This document shows positions 12,402 through 21,833 of a DNA stretch of 64,000 bases, piece after piece (positions within the stretch are counted from its first letter, which is position 1; each line of letters opens with the position of its first letter). The stretch covers positions 1 to 64,000 of the IMG/VR virus record IMGVR_UViG_3300032675_001827; one strand, written 5' to 3'. The notes beneath the pieces are model-generated. The model made no database searches, was not told where the DNA came from, and saw nothing but the letters and a program-made list of their open reading frames with translations. Source of the stretch: a virus. The position numbers and the translations under genes are program-made.

Positions 12402-13092
12402 ACCATAATAAGTCAATCATTCCTTTTGACAATTGTCTTGTGTTAATAGTTTTATTATTTCTATGATCACAAATTTCATCATGCTGTAAACGATAGGTGC
12501 GTATTTTATCACCTCTCTGGCCAGACCCAACTTGTGCCTTTTTTTCTGAGCTTATTTTTTCATGCTGCTGTATACCAAAGTATTGTCGCAGTTTAGCAGT
12601 TAGATCGTTTTTAGCTTGGGTATAACTAGTTTCTCTACTGCGAGTCTGAGCCGTAACTGTGATTCCAGTTGGCGTATGGGTAAGCCTTATACTATTCTGA
12701 TGTTTATTTCTGTGCTGGCCTCCTTTACCTGTACCGCTGAACCACGATAAACTTAGATCTTTTTCATCTAATACAAACTCATTGGTCAAGTTTGGATCTA
12801 TAACACTAACGGTAACAGTACTGGTGTGCACTCTACCTTTTTTCTCAGTAGGTGGCACACGTTGCCATCGATGACCTCCGGCTTCTGCTTCAAGTTTTTC
12901 TAAATTTTGTCCTGAAAATTCAAGTGAGATGGCAAAATTGCCGTGCCCTTTTGTGCTGGGTCTCACATCTGCCCAGCGGCACTTTCAACCAACTCTGGTT
13001 GCTAGATTAAAATAGATGTCTGCTAAATCTTTAACTAACAGCTGACTATCAGCACCGCCTTCGGCAGCGTGTATTTCTATTATTCTACGCAT
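12400..13092 (-). CDS. Short RF1-type peptide chain release factor with in-frame UGA at codon 36 (230 aa if read through)
   Basis: AAGGAG RBS; IEIHAAEGG...RVG*KC; EAGGHRWQRVPPTEKKGRVHTS; GKGGQHRNK; RGDKIRTY. Confidence 0.88.
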
Positions 13093-13157
13093 GCTACGTC
13101 TCCTTTTACATGGTTTCTATACTATTTAATTATTGTCTAAGAATGTCAAGAAAAGAC

Positions 13158-13186
13158 TTGACATCTATAATGGCTCATGGTATTGT
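13158..13186 (+). promoter_or_regulatory. Sigma70-type promoter
   Basis: TTGACA-17-TATTGT. Confidence 0.65.
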
Positions 13187-13219
13187 GAAGTCAATCGCAT
13201 TAGTGAAAAGGAGATAGAT

Positions 13220-13558
13220 GTGGAAAAAACTTTTACTATCGTTGGCGTAAGTACTATTGGAACTCCGACCAACAACCAGACAAAATTTCGCGTTGCCAAT
13301 GGCGATCTTGCTGCTCGACGTAAGGTGCTTGAGCGAGTAGGACATTTTGATATTAATCTTATTGATCTTCCTACTCCAATGACCAAGCTGGCAGCTATTG
13401 AATATTATAAATCACTTTATCCAGAAGCAGCTGGCATTCGAATGCTAAATCAAAAAGAAGTTTCACCAAAAGCCAAAACAGTTGTTCTGCGAGGAGCGAA
13501 CAAAAAGTCCGTAGCAGACGCTGCGTCAGAACTTTTGCGAGCGATCGAAGAAGTATAA
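13220..13558 (+). CDS. Conserved early phage hypothetical protein
   Basis: AAGGAG RBS plus GTG; FTIVGVS, KFRVAN, LIDLPTPMTK. Confidence 0.7.
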   Translation: MEKTFTIVGVSTIGTPTNNQTKFRVANGDLAARRKVLERVGHFDINLIDLPTPMTKLAAIEYYKSLYPEAAGIRMLNQKEVSPKAKTVVLRGANKKSVADAASELLRAIEEV

Positions 13559-13598
13559 TAAAGTTGGCTTATCGGAGTTAATGCTGTATAATTTGCAT

Positions 13599-13688
13599 AT
13601 GGATAAAGTAGAAATGGATAAAGTAGAAATGGATAAAGTAGAAATGGATAAAGTAGAAATGGATAAAGTAGAAATGGATAAAGTAGAA
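13599..13688 (+). repeat. Perfect 15-bp tandem repeat x6
   Basis: (atggataaagtagaa)6. Confidence 0.97.
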
Positions 13689-14087
13689 ATCATATTCAAA
13701 AAACAAATAGCTAATTCTCCGTGTATGGCAATGATGTTACAAGCTCATGCTGAACTAATTGAAAAAAGCTGGGCAATGAATATACTTCCGTTTGGGCATA
13801 AAAGCAGTTGCATTTATGCTCAAATTGAAAATGACATTGCAGGTGCTATAGTTTTTATTTTTGACCCTGATATTGAAGTTGTACACACTCAGTTATCCTA
13901 TGTGAAACCACAGTATCGTGGCCGGCGCATATACCAGTCAATGCACAAATACCTGCATGATTATGCACGTAAAGTCGGAGCGCATAGAATAACCAGTACA
14001 GTTCATATAGACAATCAGCCACTTTTGCAAGCAAGTACACGAAGCGGCATGACTACTCGCTGGGTTGCACAGATTTTAGAATTGTAA
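13599..14087 (+). CDS. GNAT family acetyltransferase with N-terminal (MDKVE)6
   Basis: LSYVKPQYRGRRIY acetyl-CoA motif; VHIDN. Confidence 0.8.
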   Translation: MDKVEMDKVEMDKVEMDKVEMDKVEMDKVEIIFKKQIANSPCMAMMLQAHAELIEKSWAMNILPFGHKSSCIYAQIENDIAGAIVFIFDPDIEVVHTQLSYVKPQYRGRRIYQSMHKYLHDYARKVGAHRITSTVHIDNQPLLQASTRSGMTTRWVAQILEL

Positions 14088-14088
14088 T

Positions 14089-15063
14089 ATGGTTACACTT
14101 TCATATACAAATAGTTTTAAATTTGGCTATAACGGTGAGTGGTTCAACTCACGAGTATCAAAAAATGACCAATGGATGACACAGTATGATCCAATTGAAA
14201 GACCTGTAGTTGATTTTGGAACAGAGTGTATAAACACAGCAAAATTAATACGTGAAACAGCTACTGGTCCGATAGATGTTTTGTTTTCAGGTGGACAAGA
14301 CAGCGAGGTGTGCTTAAACGCATTCTTGCTAGCAGGGATATCTGTTAATGTATTAATCATGCGTTTTAAAGATGGGTTTAACGCATTTGATACAGCTTAT
14401 GCAACCAAATATTGTCAAGCACACAATATTGAACCAATTTATGTAGACCTGGATATTTGTAAATTTTTAGAAACAGATGCCTGGGATTATGCTGCACTTA
14501 CGCAGTGCACCTCTCCGCCGTTGTTACCTCATTTGTGGCTAATAGATCAAAGCGATCACTATGTGGTAATTGGGTCAGGTGATGTTTTTTTGTATAAAAA
14601 TATTTTAATTGCTCAAGGCACAGTACCAGATACAGAATTTTACACAATTAACCAAAAGATTACACCTAAAACAACGTTTGATAACAAATGGTATTATAGG
14701 GAACACGAGTCAATTGCAGCATTGCATCGTCTGTTTATGTTACGTAATAGAGACGGATGCCCAGGATTTTTCCAGTACAATCCTGAGCTAGTTCTAAGTT
14801 GGCTAAATGAACCAGAGGTCAACAGAGACTTAAGTGGATCAAATGACAGAGTCAGTACACTGTATACCAAATACGAAATTTATCAAAGGATTTGGCAGAT
14901 TCAAAATAGACCTAAATTTGATGGATTTGAAATAGTTCGGCATGCTGTCAGCATTCCAAAAATGCGGCAGAGTTTGGAAACACAGAATGCAGATTTCATG
15001 CAAACCTACAAAGTACAAGTTGACGATTTGCGCAAACAATTACAAGGCGATATAAATGGATAA
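14089..15063 (+). CDS. PP-loop (adenine nucleotide alpha-hydrolase-like) protein
   Basis: VLFSGGQDSE (SGGxDS). Confidence 0.65.
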   Translation: MVTLSYTNSFKFGYNGEWFNSRVSKNDQWMTQYDPIERPVVDFGTECINTAKLIRETATGPIDVLFSGGQDSEVCLNAFLLAGISVNVLIMRFKDGFNAFDTAYATKYCQAHNIEPIYVDLDICKFLETDAWDYAALTQCTSPPLLPHLWLIDQSDHYVVIGSGDVFLYKNILIAQGTVPDTEFYTINQKITPKTTFDNKWYYREHESIAALHRLFMLRNRDGCPGFFQYNPELVLSWLNEPEVNRDLSGSNDRVSTLYTKYEIYQRIWQIQNRPKFDGFEIVRHAVSIPKMRQSLETQNADFMQTYKVQVDDLRKQLQGDING

Positions 15064-15349
15064 GAAGGCGATTTTTGTATGCCAGTGTCATTCACATGAA
15101 CATATGGTATCAGTTGATTTGTACGATTGGGATAATGGCGATGTAGATTTTTGTTTGTCCGTAACAGCAGAAACACATCTATCATGGCTAAAACGATTGA
15201 AAATCGCTGTGAAATACCTATTTGGCTTACCAGGACTATCCTGGCACGATGTAATGCTAAAGGACGAAGATGTGCTAACATTGTCACAGTTGATTGCAGA
15301 TTATAATGCGTTAAAAAACAGCCAACCGGAAAATAACCGACATGTCTGA
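15056..15349 (+). CDS. Hypothetical protein
   Basis: CQCHSHEH; WLKRLKIAVKYLFG. Confidence 0.65.
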   Translation: MDKKAIFVCQCHSHEHMVSVDLYDWDNGDVDFCLSVTAETHLSWLKRLKIAVKYLFGLPGLSWHDVMLKDEDVLTLSQLIADYNALKNSQPENNRHV

Positions 15350-15746
15350 AATTATTTCATACAAAGGTGACCCTTGGTACGCCGACGAAAGTGACGACTG
15401 TGTGCGCCTATTTAGAGGCAACCTCCAAATACTCAAAGCGCCAAAGAACGGAACCCCTTACGAGGAATATTAGCCCGAGCCAAAAATGCTAAAGTGGATG
15501 CTTGATGCATTGAATGAAAAAGAACGTAGTGAAAGATTGGCACCTGTATTGAATGGAACTGATACCTGCTGGTGCTATCATTGCATGGAAAAGAGAACGG
15601 ATCCAAACACGGGATGGCCGATGACCTTATCAACATTTATCACCTGTCCCAACTGCGGAAACAAGCGTTGTCCACGAGCTACAGACCACAATTTAGCCTG
15701 CACCGGCAGCAATGAACCAGGACAAAAAGGCAGTAGATATGAGTGA
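15342..15746 (+). CDS. Zn-finger hypothetical protein with in-frame TAG at 15471-15473
   Basis: MSEIISYKGDPW...EEY*PEPKMLKW continues in frame into CWCYHC...CPNCGNKRCPRATDH. Confidence 0.6.
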
Positions 15747-16206
15747 GCGTCCTGATATTGACACCTGGGCACTGGATCTAGCAGACCTAGTCGCAACACG
15801 TAGCCGTGACCCAAACACAAAGGTTGGCGCAGTAATCCTTAGGCCTGATAACACTATTGCAGCGGCTGGCTATAATGGCTTTCCAAGAGGTACTTACGAC
15901 GACGATGAGATTTATGCAGATAAAACACGTAAACTGCTGAGAGTGGTCCATGCTGAGTTGAATGCAATTTTAACCAGCCGAGAGCCGTTACATGGTTACA
16001 CACTTTACGTTTCGCCATTACATCCTTGTAGCCAATGCGCTGCGGCTATTATACAAAGCGGAATTAAAACGGTGATTGCGCGAACTGATCCTTCTAGAGA
16101 AAGTACAACATGGCGCGAAAGTTTTGCCGAAGCCGGCCGGATGTTTAAAGAAGCAAATATCAAAGTAAAACTATTGACAGACTCGCATATAGAAATTAGT
16201 TTATGA
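15739..16206 (+). CDS. dCMP deaminase
   Basis: SRDPNTKVGAV, GYNGFPRG, HAELNA, PCSQC. Confidence 0.93.
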   Translation: MSERPDIDTWALDLADLVATRSRDPNTKVGAVILRPDNTIAAAGYNGFPRGTYDDDEIYADKTRKLLRVVHAELNAILTSREPLHGYTLYVSPLHPCSQCAAAIIQSGIKTVIARTDPSRESTTWRESFAEAGRMFKEANIKVKLLTDSHIEISL

Positions 16207-16223
16207 AATAAGGGAGTTGCAAA

Positions 16224-16415
16224 ATGCACAAGGATAAACTACAACATCATCTAGAACATCTTAAAGAAAAGCATGCCAAACTAGATGATCAAATAGATAA
16301 AATGGAATCTTCTGGAGTTTTCCAAGATTTTCAACCTAATGAAATGAAAAAACAACGGCTGTTGATAAAAGATGAAATGTCTATTACAGAACAAAAAATT
16401 GCAGGCTGTGCATGA
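16224..16415 (+). CDS. DUF465/YdcH-like small coiled-coil protein
   Basis: LKEKHAKLDDQI...MKKQRLLIKDEM. Confidence 0.7.
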   Translation: MHKDKLQHHLEHLKEKHAKLDDQIDKMESSGVFQDFQPNEMKKQRLLIKDEMSITEQKIAGCA

Positions 16416-16801
16416 GCAAATTGAATCTAATTGATGTGTCTAAGGCGTTAGGTTGGCGCATCGCCGAGGGCAGCAGTTATAACTGGCTGAGTTATGGTCC
16501 TCAGTGTCGGTATTTTGATTTTTCTGATTCAATTGAAGAGTCTAAATGGTACATTAGTATTATTGCTAATGTAGAGACACTTGAGATTCGAGAAGTTACA
16601 GGGTACGGTTCTATCTATGAATTGGTTGCAAGTCCATGGAAATGGATTGATAATCAGTATTCTGACGCATATCTCAATGAATGCAAAGAACGTCAATTAC
16701 GTCCTGATATCGCCTGGGACGATGTAAAATATTACAATGTTGAATCTGTGGACGAACTGCAAAAACTAATTGATATGGTAGGTGCCATAGACAATGTTTG
16801 A
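16412..16801 (+). CDS. Hypothetical protein
   Basis: ATGA overlap; EGSSYNW, AWDDVKY. Confidence 0.65.
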   Translation: MSKLNLIDVSKALGWRIAEGSSYNWLSYGPQCRYFDFSDSIEESKWYISIIANVETLEIREVTGYGSIYELVASPWKWIDNQYSDAYLNECKERQLRPDIAWDDVKYYNVESVDELQKLIDMVGAIDNV

Positions 16802-17189
16802 ATGTATTATTTTAGGTGATAGTATTGCAGTAGGTACACATCAAGCAAAAACAGAATGTGTTGCTTATGCACAAGGCGGTATCAGCAGCTATCAATGGAA
16901 TAGAAAATACAATCACACAAATCTGGAAGCGAAAATAGTGGTTATATCGTTGGGCTCAAATGACTCAACGGCTATTCACACTGAACAAGAGCTGCGGACA
17001 TTGCGTAATAGAATAACATCTGCACATGTGATGTGGATAGTTCCTAATGTTAAACCTTATATTCAGCAGATTGTTAAAATGCTAGCTAGAGAATACGGCG
17101 ATAGCGCTATACCTATTAAACACTCTAGTCCAGATGGTATTCACCCTACAGTTCCAGAATACAAGTCTATAGCAAGGGCTATTCAATAA
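16794..17189 (+). CDS. SGNH/GDSL hydrolase
   Basis: GDSIAVG, SLGSND, DGIHP. Confidence 0.85.
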   Translation: MFECIILGDSIAVGTHQAKTECVAYAQGGISSYQWNRKYNHTNLEAKIVVISLGSNDSTAIHTEQELRTLRNRITSAHVMWIVPNVKPYIQQIVKMLAREYGDSAIPIKHSSPDGIHPTVPEYKSIARAIQ

Positions 17190-17503
17190 TGTATACGGTT
17201 GTAAGTGATTATTATGGAACAGGCGAAGGACGTACCATTATGATGTGTATTTGCAGAGGTTTTCCAGATGCAACGCATCCTAAGTACGATACTGAAACTG
17301 ATCCAAAATTTTGGGCATTAGAAAGTTTTAAAAAGCAATTTGGTGAATTTTATACCTATGGCGCCGATCTGCACGAAGGTTTATTTTTAGACTTTGAAGG
17401 AGCAGAGTTTTTGATTTCAGACCAATTAAGGAAATCGTTAACACAATGGCAAAGCTGCGCAAATCTATTTTACGCTGCTAAATTTCATTTTAATTTCAGC
17501 TAA
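17189..17503 (+). CDS. Hypothetical protein
   Basis: TAATG overlap; DYYGTGEGRT. Confidence 0.65.
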   Translation: MYTVVSDYYGTGEGRTIMMCICRGFPDATHPKYDTETDPKFWALESFKKQFGEFYTYGADLHEGLFLDFEGAEFLISDQLRKSLTQWQSCANLFYAAKFHFNFS

Positions 17504-17505
17504 AA

Positions 17506-18237
17506 CTACCTGCGTATCCAAATTCCAACATCTGGACGATTACTCCAGGGAATTCCAAATTCATGAAAGTGAGCTGACAACCATTCATGTGGTCCTAAAC
17601 TAAGTGTGCCGGCTCTAGCAAGTATGTCAAGGCTTTCAAATTGTTTCCCCCATTTATGCATTAGATCACTTGGTCCGCATGCCCATGCATCTGAGATAAC
17701 GTCTGGCCCGTACATCCCGTCGAGAGATACTATTGTACTATCAAGATTATCTAGATCAATTGGGTGCAAATAATCTATATCATATCTAGTGCAAACTATA
17801 CGATCAAATTTTTTGCCCAACTGATTTTCATAATCTCTTGCCATGTTTAGACTTGTTGATCTACTATAGACCTGGCCTAATGTCCCTTTAGGTCTATGGT
17901 GCGGATCTGGGTGATGAAAGGATTTATATTGTTCTACCAGTTTACTAAACATAGCGTCATGTAGATGATACCTGTCAAATACTAGAGAAACAGGTTTTAA
18001 TCTATCAAAAAGCTGCACAATATAGTCTGTATCTACTGACGCACTGTTTCTATCGTAGCCTACATGAGCTAGAGGATTAGATGCTTCAGTCGGATGCTGA
18101 AAAAACCCCATGCTGTCTGTCCATGCCATTATGAAAATTTTATCTATGCTATTGCATGCAATAAGATTTGCATGCAGTTGTGGCCAACATTCATTAAATG
18201 ATCGAAAATGTCCATACAGACAAAGTGCGGTGTTCAT
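17506..18237 (-). CDS. Putative glycan-biosynthesis/glycosyltransferase-like protein
   Basis: ALCLYGHFR, FDRIVCTRYD, SDAWACG, PH; same family as the 43306 and 45853 ORFs. Confidence 0.6.
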   Translation of the reverse strand: MNTALCLYGHFRSFNECWPQLHANLIACNSIDKIFIMAWTDSMGFFQHPTEASNPLAHVGYDRNSASVDTDYIVQLFDRLKPVSLVFDRYHLHDAMFSKLVEQYKSFHHPDPHHRPKGTLGQVYSRSTSLNMARDYENQLGKKFDRIVCTRYDIDYLHPIDLDNLDSTIVSLDGMYGPDVISDAWACGPSDLMHKWGKQFESLDILARAGTLSLGPHEWLSAHFHEFGIPWSNRPDVGIWIRR

Positions 18238-18245
18238 GCTACAAT

Positions 18246-18533
18246 TTATAATAATCTTTTTGGATTAACCAAATATGAAAAAGCAGAATTTTCTAATTGT
18301 AATGTAATTTGGTCATATATTGACTTTAATTCGCACAGCATTGCTTTATTAGGAAAGTCTAAAAAATCTACAAATGCTATTTCAAAAATTTGAGATAAAA
18401 ACCCCACTGCCGATGCTGCGTCTAAATCTATAACTGCTGACGAGTTATCAAGATAATCTTTGAATACCATAACGCGCCTGCGCATTGTACAAGCAGCATT
18501 AATAGACAAACTGATCCATTCTTTGTGTATCAT
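18246..18533 (-). CDS. Hypothetical protein
   Basis: 95-aa ORF; TATAAATA at 18554-18561 (minus strand). Confidence 0.55.
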   Translation of the reverse strand: MIHKEWISLSINAACTMRRRVMVFKDYLDNSSAVIDLDAASAVGFLSQIFEIAFVDFLDFPNKAMLCELKSIYDQITLQLENSAFSYLVNPKRLL

Positions 18534-18635
18534 ATGATCACCTATATATTAAATATTTATATTGAAACATGCTGGATATCTCTTGACTTACCATACAATT
18601 ATTGTATGTTTTCTAATAGTTTGGAGGGGATAGGA

Positions 18636-19055
18636 ATGGCAAAAAGTCTCAGTGCCGGTGTTGTAATTACCAATGGAACTAGTATTCTGTTATGTCATGT
18701 AACAGGTAATAAACATTGGGATTTGCCAAAGGGTAAAGTAGAATCTGGCGAACATGTTCTTAATGCTGCGATTAGAGAATGTTTTGAAGAAACCAGCATC
18801 AAATTGCAAGAAGATCAGTTGGTCGATTTGGGCATATTCAAATATAAAAAAGATAAGGACCTTCATCTTTTTCTACAACTTACTGCTGACATGCCTGACA
18901 CTGATAAACTGGATTGTTCAAGTACGTTTGATAGTGGTAAAGGCATACACAAAAAAGAAATGGATGCATTTGCAAACGTTACATGGGATAAAATTCACAA
19001 AAAAGTATTACCTGACATGTTACGTGTGTTAATGGAAGTAAAAGACCAACTGTGA
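18636..19055 (+). CDS. Nudix hydrolase (T4 NudE-like)
   Basis: WDLPKGKVESGEHVLNAAIRECFEET Nudix box. Confidence 0.92.
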   Translation: MAKSLSAGVVITNGTSILLCHVTGNKHWDLPKGKVESGEHVLNAAIRECFEETSIKLQEDQLVDLGIFKYKKDKDLHLFLQLTADMPDTDKLDCSSTFDSGKGIHKKEMDAFANVTWDKIHKKVLPDMLRVLMEVKDQL

Positions 19056-19588
19056 AACCAAAAACACTATTTGATAAAATAATTACATTTTGGTGGATAT
19101 TCTGTTGCGTTGCAGGAATAGCAATAGGCTTTCCACTAAGCGTGTATTTTGATACGTGGTACCTGATTTTATTACAACTTGTACCATTATGTGTCTCATT
19201 TTTTTCTTTTTTAATTCATAGTATGCACTCTTGCCAAGACAGAGTTTGGTTAGTTAGGTTGGTATGCTCATTATCTAGAAATCTTACGCCTGTAGAATTA
19301 TATAGTTACCGTGCAGAAAAAACATACTCGGTAGCCAAAATAGATCAAGATGGATTATTGCATGCATACTGCTGTTGGTTTTATGAAATCGGTGATTGTA
19401 TTTTGCTTCCAAATGGTCATATTAGTGAAAATTCCGACGTAAGTTATCAGTTTTTCTGGATGCCATTGCGCAGAAACGAAAGGGTTGAATTTATCTTACG
19501 CAACGATTTACCTGATTTTGCACAGATTGCACAACTGCCAAAAGCGGAACGCTGCCGTCTTATGTCCCAGTATAAGGATAAACAATGA
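19052..19588 (+). CDS. Membrane protein, hypothetical
   Basis: Two N-terminal hydrophobic segments; GTGA overlap. Confidence 0.65.
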   Translation: MKPKTLFDKIITFWWIFCCVAGIAIGFPLSVYFDTWYLILLQLVPLCVSFFSFLIHSMHSCQDRVWLVRLVCSLSRNLTPVELYSYRAEKTYSVAKIDQDGLLHAYCCWFYEIGDCILLPNGHISENSDVSYQFFWMPLRRNERVEFILRNDLPDFAQIAQLPKAERCRLMSQYKDKQ

Positions 19589-19670
19589 GCAACTATGGAT
19601 TAGCTAATTTTTCGTTGTGCATTACCTGATACTAGTGTACAATGTTTTTAATATTTTTTTTGGGGATAAC

Positions 19671-20495
19671 ATGACTGATAATACAGCGTTAGGTGATCGT
19701 ATGAAGGAATACGAATCCTATGAAACAAATAGAAAGTTCATGCCTGGACTACCAATCTACGCACGGGTAGACGGTCGCGGATTTTCTAGATTCACAAGAG
19801 GCATGGAACGGCCCTATGACATTCGTATGAGTAATGCAATGATCGAAACAACCAAAGTGTTGGTTGAACAAACGCATGCTACTATCGGCTATACTCAAAG
19901 CGATGAAATTTCATTGGTATGGATCCCTAATGAACACGGGCACAATTGGTTTGACGGTAAAGTAATGAAAATGACCAGTGTGCTGGCAGGTCTAGCAACT
20001 GCTGCGTTTGGCCAGGCAATTTTGCTGGAATTCAGCAACATGCACGGTCTTCCTTTGTTGCAAAAAATGCCTCACTTTGATACCCGTGTGATCAGCATGC
20101 CTAGTGAGATTGAAGCTGCTAACATGTTGCTGTGGCGAAATCAGGATTGCGCAAAAAATAGCATAACAATGGCAGCAAGCTCTCTTTACAGTCATAAAGA
20201 ACTTCAAGGTAAGAATTCAGCTAACAAGCACGACATGCTATTCGACAAGGGCATAAATTGGTCAACCGACTATCCGTATTTCTTTAAGCGTGGGACATTT
20301 GTTAGACGACGCTCTGTTGAAAGATTGTTGGCCGAACACGAGTTGAATTCTATACCAGAAGAATATCGACCTGCATCAAATGAGAGAGTTGTTAGATCAA
20401 CGGTTGACCCGTACGATCTACCTCCACTTTCTAAAATAGAAAATTTAGTCCCTGTGTTGTTCAAGGATGCTGACCCTGTGTTACGATCTGGGTAA
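19671..20495 (+). CDS. tRNA(His) guanylyltransferase Thg1-like protein
   Basis: LGDRMKEYE, RVDGRGFSRFT, YTQSDEISL, FDTR, WRNQDCAKNS, KRGT. Confidence 0.93.
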   Translation: MTDNTALGDRMKEYESYETNRKFMPGLPIYARVDGRGFSRFTRGMERPYDIRMSNAMIETTKVLVEQTHATIGYTQSDEISLVWIPNEHGHNWFDGKVMKMTSVLAGLATAAFGQAILLEFSNMHGLPLLQKMPHFDTRVISMPSEIEAANMLLWRNQDCAKNSITMAASSLYSHKELQGKNSANKHDMLFDKGINWSTDYPYFFKRGTFVRRRSVERLLAEHELNSIPEEYRPASNERVVRSTVDPYDLPPLSKIENLVPVLFKDADPVLRSG

Positions 20496-21224
20496 CACAG
20501 GGTAATACAATCTTCTTTCAATCCATCCGTCGCCTGGATGCTTAAATGATATTTTATTTGTTATACCATTATTATACCATTTTCGACCAACTCGTGCATG
20601 ACTTAGTTTTCTTTTAGATTCTGTTGTGTGTGGCGTACCAGATCTACCTTTTAGTTTGCTCGGTTTACCTTTTTTCGCAAAACTTATCTTTGCACATCTC
20701 TCTGCGATCCATATCTGATTTTTACCCGCATCTCGTATTTTTTCAATGGTTTCTGGTGTATGACGTTGTAGACCAATCTTACCTTTATTCCACGGAACAG
20801 ATCCTAATTTTAATTGAGATATTTTAGCACACGTTTCGGCAGTTACAACTCGGTTACGTTTTGCAACAGACATCTTGTGTTTTGTTTCGTTGGATATAGG
20901 CGCATCTCGCCTGAAAGCTACCCCTCTAATATTTCCGTTTAGCCATTTTGGGTCTTGTAACACTTTCATCCGGCGTAATACTTTTTCTTCCCAGATAATT
21001 GCGTCGTTGGGTGTGTCAAACTCGCGTCGAATTTCAAATAGAAATGCTGAATCTCCGTATTTTTTTCTTAATTTTGCTATTTTCTTACTACTGGTAAAGT
21101 AATGAATCCAAAAATCTTGCTTTGCCTGTAGACGATTTCGCCATCTTACCCCATAATAGTATTGATTTGTTGGAATACACTTCAACAGGTATGTATAAGG
21201 TCTAGGACCTGCATAAGTAGTCAT
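20481..21224 (-). CDS. Free-standing homing endonuclease (GIY-YIG-like with NUMOD3 repeats)
   Basis: PYTYLL..YYYGVR..YFTSS; WEEKVL; WLN; HTPETIEKI, HTTESKRKLS; KWYNNG. Confidence 0.85.
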   Translation of the reverse strand: MTTYAGPRPYTYLLKCIPTNQYYYGVRWRNRLQAKQDFWIHYFTSSKKIAKLRKKYGDSAFLFEIRREFDTPNDAIIWEEKVLRRMKVLQDPKWLNGNIRGVAFRRDAPISNETKHKMSVAKRNRVVTAETCAKISQLKLGSVPWNKGKIGLQRHTPETIEKIRDAGKNQIWIAERCAKISFAKKGKPSKLKGRSGTPHTTESKRKLSHARVGRKWYNNGITNKISFKHPGDGWIERRLYYPVLPRS

Positions 21225-21313
21225 GTGCTGTTGCTCCTTTCAAGCAATAGAGTGGTCGGAGAGTGCGAATCTCGTGGACCACACTTATTTAGCTCTATAG
21301 TCTGCAGGATAAC

Positions 21314-21634
21314 ATGGCCACTAGGCACTATTACAGCCACAAAGATATGCATCTTAAGAATCAAGCTGTCATGAATGAAATGCTTTTTGCCAAGGGAGTT
21401 AATTTTAACGACTATCCTACTTTTTTCAAAAGAGGTACATGGGTTCGAAGAGTAACTGAAGAACGGATTCTCACAGCCGAGGAATTGGATAGAATTCCTG
21501 AGAAATATCGCCATATGTCAACAGAATTGCATTTACGGAGTAAGATGGTAGATTTTGATTTGCCTCCTCTTAATAAAATTGCCAACCTAAGGGATTTGCT
21601 CTTTTATAGTAAATCTATCGTTAACAAAACCTAA
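21314..21634 (+). CDS. Divergent duplicate of the Thg1 C-terminal region
   Basis: YSHK, MLFAKGVN, YPTFFKRGT, IPEKYR, DLPPL match the last ~108 aa of the 19671 ORF. Confidence 0.8.
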   Translation: MATRHYYSHKDMHLKNQAVMNEMLFAKGVNFNDYPTFFKRGTWVRRVTEERILTAEELDRIPEKYRHMSTELHLRSKMVDFDLPPLNKIANLRDLLFYSKSIVNKT

Positions 21635-21644
21635 GGAAAATAAC

Positions 21645-21833
21645 ATGAAGACAATGCTATTAATGTTTATGACACTAAACGGAAACCCTGTTGGACCAAC
21701 AGAATACATTTTACCTGTATCTGATTCATGCAGGTCAGAACTTAATTATATCAAAGGTATTAATCAAGTATACGAACAAGGAAAAACTGGCATGTTTATC
21801 TATGCCAGTTGCGAACCTGTTAAAATCAAATGA
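21645..21833 (+). CDS. Small hypothetical protein
   Basis: AAGGA RBS; 62 aa. Confidence 0.6.
   Translation: MKTMLLMFMTLNGNPVGPTEYILPVSDSCRSELNYIKGINQVYEQGKTGMFIYASCEPVKIK

Noticed and set aside
12985-12987. RF2-type +1 frameshift or selenocysteine at the UGA
   Set aside because: The downstream coding is in the same frame, there is no CUU-UGA site, and the position aligns with Trp rather than Cys. A SECIS role for the hairpin is not strictly excluded.
21225-21291. tRNA or self-cleaving ribozyme
   Set aside because: No cloverleaf or T-loop consensus, and I could not fit a known ribozyme core by eye; kept only as a structured leader.
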